The position numbers and the translations under genes were made by a program. From positions 1 to 57,547 of the IMG/VR virus record IMGVR_UViG_3300003465_000006: a stretch of DNA of 57,547 bases. One strand, written 5' to 3'. Below are positions 54,466-57,547 of this stretch, one piece after another; position 1 is the first letter of the stretch; each line of letters begins with the position of its first letter. The notes under the pieces are model-generated. The model saw only the letters and a program-made list of their open reading frames with translations. It was not told where the DNA came from and did no database searches. This stretch comes from a virus (lineage: Duplodnaviria > Caudoviricetes).

Positions 54466-57188
54466 TCATCGACGAAAGCGATTATCTAGCACACTACGGG
54501 ATCCTTCGTCGCTCTGGCCGTTATCCTTGGGGTAGCGGTGGTAGCGTGAACACTCGTAGTCGTAGCTTTCTCGACATGGTGGATTCACTCAAAGCCGAGG
54601 GTATGTCGGACCCGGACATTTGTCGTGCTCTGGAGATTGGGCGTGAAGACCATAAAGGCGTCTTTCGTCCTTCTGTAACCGACCTTCGTGCACTTAAGAC
54701 CATTGCTCTGAATCAGAAGCGTATGGCCGACATCGCAATGGCTGAGCGACTCAAAGCCAGAGGGTGGTCCAATCCCGCAATCGCCGAGAGAATGGGCCTT
54801 CCTGGTGAGTCTTCTGTTCGAGCTCTTCTTGCTCCCGGAGTCAAGGATCGAGCGGATGTTCTGACAAGCGTCAGCAACAAGCTTCGTGAAGAAGTGGACG
54901 CCAAGACATACGTTGATGTTGGTAGTGGAACAGAGCGACTCATCAATATCGGCGATGGTGTAAGCAATAAAATCGGTGTCAGTCCTGAGAAACTGAACAG
55001 CGCCGTAGCCATGCTTCGTGAAGAAGGTTATGTGACTCACACGGTTCCTATCAGAACCGCTGCTGGACACGACACGAGGACAAAAGTTCTTGCTCCGCCT
55101 GGTACTACATGGGCCGACGTTGCAAAGAATAAGGACAAGATCCAAACCGTAAGTGGCGTATCACAAGATGGTGGAAGAACCTTCGTTCCATATCAGCCAC
55201 CAATTGCAATCCACCCGAATCGCGTCAAGGTAAACTATAACGAAGATGGTGGTGGACAAGCAGATGGCGTCATCTACGTTCGGCCCGGTGTCAAAGACGT
55301 TTCTCTAGGTAAGAGTCGTTATGCACAAGTTCGTGTCCAGGTTGGTGAAGGTCACTACCTAAAGGGCATGGCTATGTACAAAGACGATCTTCCTCCTGGT
55401 GTTGACCTTGTCTTCAACACAAAAAAGAGCAAGAAGGAAGTCTCGTCCAAGCTCGACGCCATGAAGCCGATCAAGGATGATCCGGAATTTCCATTTGGGT
55501 CTGTCACTCGGCCCCTGCTTGACGAAAATGGTAAGCACTATTCAGCAATGAATGTGGTGTTCGAAGAAGGAGATTGGGGTTCGTGGTCAAAAAGTCTCTC
55601 TCCTCAGTTCTTGTCTAAGCAGGCTCCTACTTTGGCGAAGGCCCAGTTGGACAAGGCCTATGATTCTCGTCAGAAAGAGTTCGACGAGATCATGGCTCTT
55701 ACGAACCCAACGGTTCGAAAGAGACTTCTTCGTGCTTTTGCTGAGAGTGCTGATTCTTCTGCTGTTCACATGGATGCTGCAGCCATCAACCAGAAGCAAG
55801 CATGGCGTGCTATTCTTCCGATCAGCTCAATGAAGTCCACCGAGGTCTATGCTCCTGGCTATGATCATGGCGAGAGAGTAGTCCTTGTACGATTCCCTCA
55901 CGGTGGGACATTCGAGATTCCTGAACTAACTGTGAACAACCGGCATCCTGAATCTCGTAAGCTTCTAGGTGATGCCAAAGACGCTATTGGTATCAACCAT
56001 GAGACTGCCAAGAAGCTTTCTGGTGCTGACTTCGATGGTGATACAGTCATTGTCATCCCAAATAATCAGCGAAAGATCAGGACATCACACACGCTAGAGC
56101 AGCTAAAAGACTTTGACCCCATGGTCTACAAGATTCCTAAGGATAGCCCTATCCCTAGGATGAGTAAGGAACGTAAGGGTCAGGAGATGGGTAACATCTC
56201 AAACCTGATCACAGACATGACCATCAAGGGTGCTTCTCATGAGGAGATCTCACGGGCGGTAAAACATTCGATGGTTGTCATCGATGCTGAGAAGCATGAG
56301 CTAAACTGGAAGCAGTCAGCTCTTGACAACAACATCCCCTCCTTGAAGAAGAAGTATCAAGGAGGCGCCGATCGTGGGGCTTCGACGATCATCTCTAGAG
56401 CCACGTCTCAAGAGTGGGTTCTCGACAGGCGTCCAGCCTATGCAACAGAGGGTGGCCCGATCGATCGTAAGACTGGTGAGAAGAGGTTTGTACCCACCGG
56501 TAAAACAAAGGTCGACAAGAAGGGTAATGTCGTACAAAGAAAGCAGCGCTCCACTAAGTTGGCTGAGACCAATGACGCACATACACTGGTCTCTGAGATG
56601 GGTACTCGTGTTGAGAAGATCTACGCAGATCATTCCAACAAGTTGAAGGGACTGGCCAACAAAGCAAGACTCGAGTTGATTAATACCCCCACCCCTAAGT
56701 ATTCGGCCTCTGCGGCAAAGACTTACGCAAAGGAAGTAAACTCGCTCAATGCAAAACTGACTCTGGCTATAATGAATCGCCCTCTCGAACGCCACGCCGA
56801 GCGAGTGGCAGCAGCGGTGGTGAAGACCAAACGTCAGGCCAATCCAGAGATGGATCATGACACGATCCGTAAGGTTCGCTATCAGGCTCTTGCTGAAGCG
56901 CGCCTCAGGTTGAAGGCCAACCAGACACAGATCGAGATCACTTCTGATGAATGGAATGCGATTCAAGCTGGCGCCATCACGAACCACAAGCTTGATCAGA
57001 TCCTAGCCAAGGCCAACATGGAGATGGTTCGCTCTCTTGCTACACCACGCAAGCAGAGACTGATGACATCACAGAAGACAGCACAGGCAAAGCGTTTGCT
57101 TTCTGCTGGTTACACTAGATCAGAGGTGGCAGCTAGACTGGGCGTGTCACTCACAACTCTTGACAACTCAGTTCATGGAGAAGAGTGA
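54459..57188 (+). CDS. Putative single-chain two-barrel RNA polymerase with terminal HTH domains
   Basis: LSGADFDGD (56028-56042 encodes DFDGD); VLVRFP; QVR...LKGM; MG.ISN...HS.V.IDAEK; N- and C-terminal HTH-like segments. Confidence 0.75.
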   Translation: MVVIDESDYLAHYGILRRSGRYPWGSGGSVNTRSRSFLDMVDSLKAEGMSDPDICRALEIGREDHKGVFRPSVTDLRALKTIALNQKRMADIAMAERLKARGWSNPAIAERMGLPGESSVRALLAPGVKDRADVLTSVSNKLREEVDAKTYVDVGSGTERLINIGDGVSNKIGVSPEKLNSAVAMLREEGYVTHTVPIRTAAGHDTRTKVLAPPGTTWADVAKNKDKIQTVSGVSQDGGRTFVPYQPPIAIHPNRVKVNYNEDGGGQADGVIYVRPGVKDVSLGKSRYAQVRVQVGEGHYLKGMAMYKDDLPPGVDLVFNTKKSKKEVSSKLDAMKPIKDDPEFPFGSVTRPLLDENGKHYSAMNVVFEEGDWGSWSKSLSPQFLSKQAPTLAKAQLDKAYDSRQKEFDEIMALTNPTVRKRLLRAFAESADSSAVHMDAAAINQKQAWRAILPISSMKSTEVYAPGYDHGERVVLVRFPHGGTFEIPELTVNNRHPESRKLLGDAKDAIGINHETAKKLSGADFDGDTVIVIPNNQRKIRTSHTLEQLKDFDPMVYKIPKDSPIPRMSKERKGQEMGNISNLITDMTIKGASHEEISRAVKHSMVVIDAEKHELNWKQSALDNNIPSLKKKYQGGADRGASTIISRATSQEWVLDRRPAYATEGGPIDRKTGEKRFVPTGKTKVDKKGNVVQRKQRSTKLAETNDAHTLVSEMGTRVEKIYADHSNKLKGLANKARLELINTPTPKYSASAAKTYAKEVNSLNAKLTLAIMNRPLERHAERVAAAVVKTKRQANPEMDHDTIRKVRYQALAEARLRLKANQTQIEITSDEWNAIQAGAITNHKLDQILAKANMEMVRSLATPRKQRLMTSQKTAQAKRLLSAGYTRSEVAARLGVSLTTLDNSVHGEE

Positions 57189-57209
57189 TGACAACAAAGG
57201 GGGTGAACG

Positions 57210-57494
57210 ATGCAAGAAGTCATGCTGACAACCGAAGACAACCCATATGACCCTTTCGATCAGTATGATGAATGGTACGCCTATGATGAAAGAAAGGGGT
57301 ACCACTCCCTTGGTCTGCTCGGTCGAATAGCTTTTGTGTCTGATGATTTGTCTGAGGCTGACCAACACGTGGCCATCGAGTTAGCAATTGACGAGATCGT
57401 TCGAGAGAACGTTACTGGTCTGTACAAGAAAGTTTCACGTGAAACAAATCGACCAAGTCCAAGCGAGCTCGTAGCAGAAGCTGAGAAGTCGTAG
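57210..57494 (+). CDS. Conserved terminal hypothetical protein
   Basis: MLTT.DNPYDPF.QYDEW..YD motif; AAAGGGGG RBS. Confidence 0.75.
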   Translation: MQEVMLTTEDNPYDPFDQYDEWYAYDERKGYHSLGLLGRIAFVSDDLSEADQHVAIELAIDEIVRENVTGLYKKVSRETNRPSPSELVAEAEKS

Positions 57495-57503
57495 AGAAGT
57501 TTG

Positions 57504-57547
57504 ATGTAGGGGGGAGGGGTCTCGCAAAGAGTACCCCCCCTCTGCAT
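57504..57547 (+). repeat. Terminal GC-rich hairpin at the right end
   Basis: ATGTAGGGGGG...CTC-GCAAA-GAG...CCCCCCTCTGCAT. Confidence 0.6.

Larger units (their letters stand above)
1..57547 (+). mobile_element. Near-complete or complete tailed-phage (siphovirus) genome, likely actinobacteriophage, probably lytic
   Basis: Full set of terminase, portal, capsid, tail, tape measure, lysin and replication genes; no host housekeeping flanks; no integrase seen; all genes co-oriented. Confidence 0.93.

Overview
The window looks like an essentially complete ~57.5 kb lytic siphovirus genome, probably from an actinobacterial host (it carries DUF3039-like and Rpf-like genes, and the gene order recalls Arthrobacter AM/AU/AW, Streptomyces BI and Rhodococcus Pepy6-type phages). 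All credible genes are on the + strand. The order is: tail-accessory genes, lysis, HNH/terminase/portal/protease-capsid fusion, tail, holin, an array of promoter-ORF-terminator mini-cassettes (26.7-31.5 kb), a helicase-primase-PolB fusion, an accessory region with long structured non-coding stretches and tRNA-Lys, an SF2 helicase, a palindromic ori candidate, nucleases, and a 909-aa terminal gene. Two systems stand out. (1) A stand-alone Cas7/RAMP-like gene (44201-44800) is followed by a ~400-nt non-coding array of NGY-NN pentamers (68 of 76 conform), grouped into blocks by single extra bases; this is a candidate CRISPR-independent RNA-guided system. (2) A single-chain two-barrel RNA polymerase (GADFDGD; 54459-57188) co-occurs with 17 copies of a compact promoter motif (CGCA-NNWWWWACA-N5-TATAAT-GAG), some of which drive RNA-only cassettes. 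All functional calls come from motifs read by eye; no searches were run.
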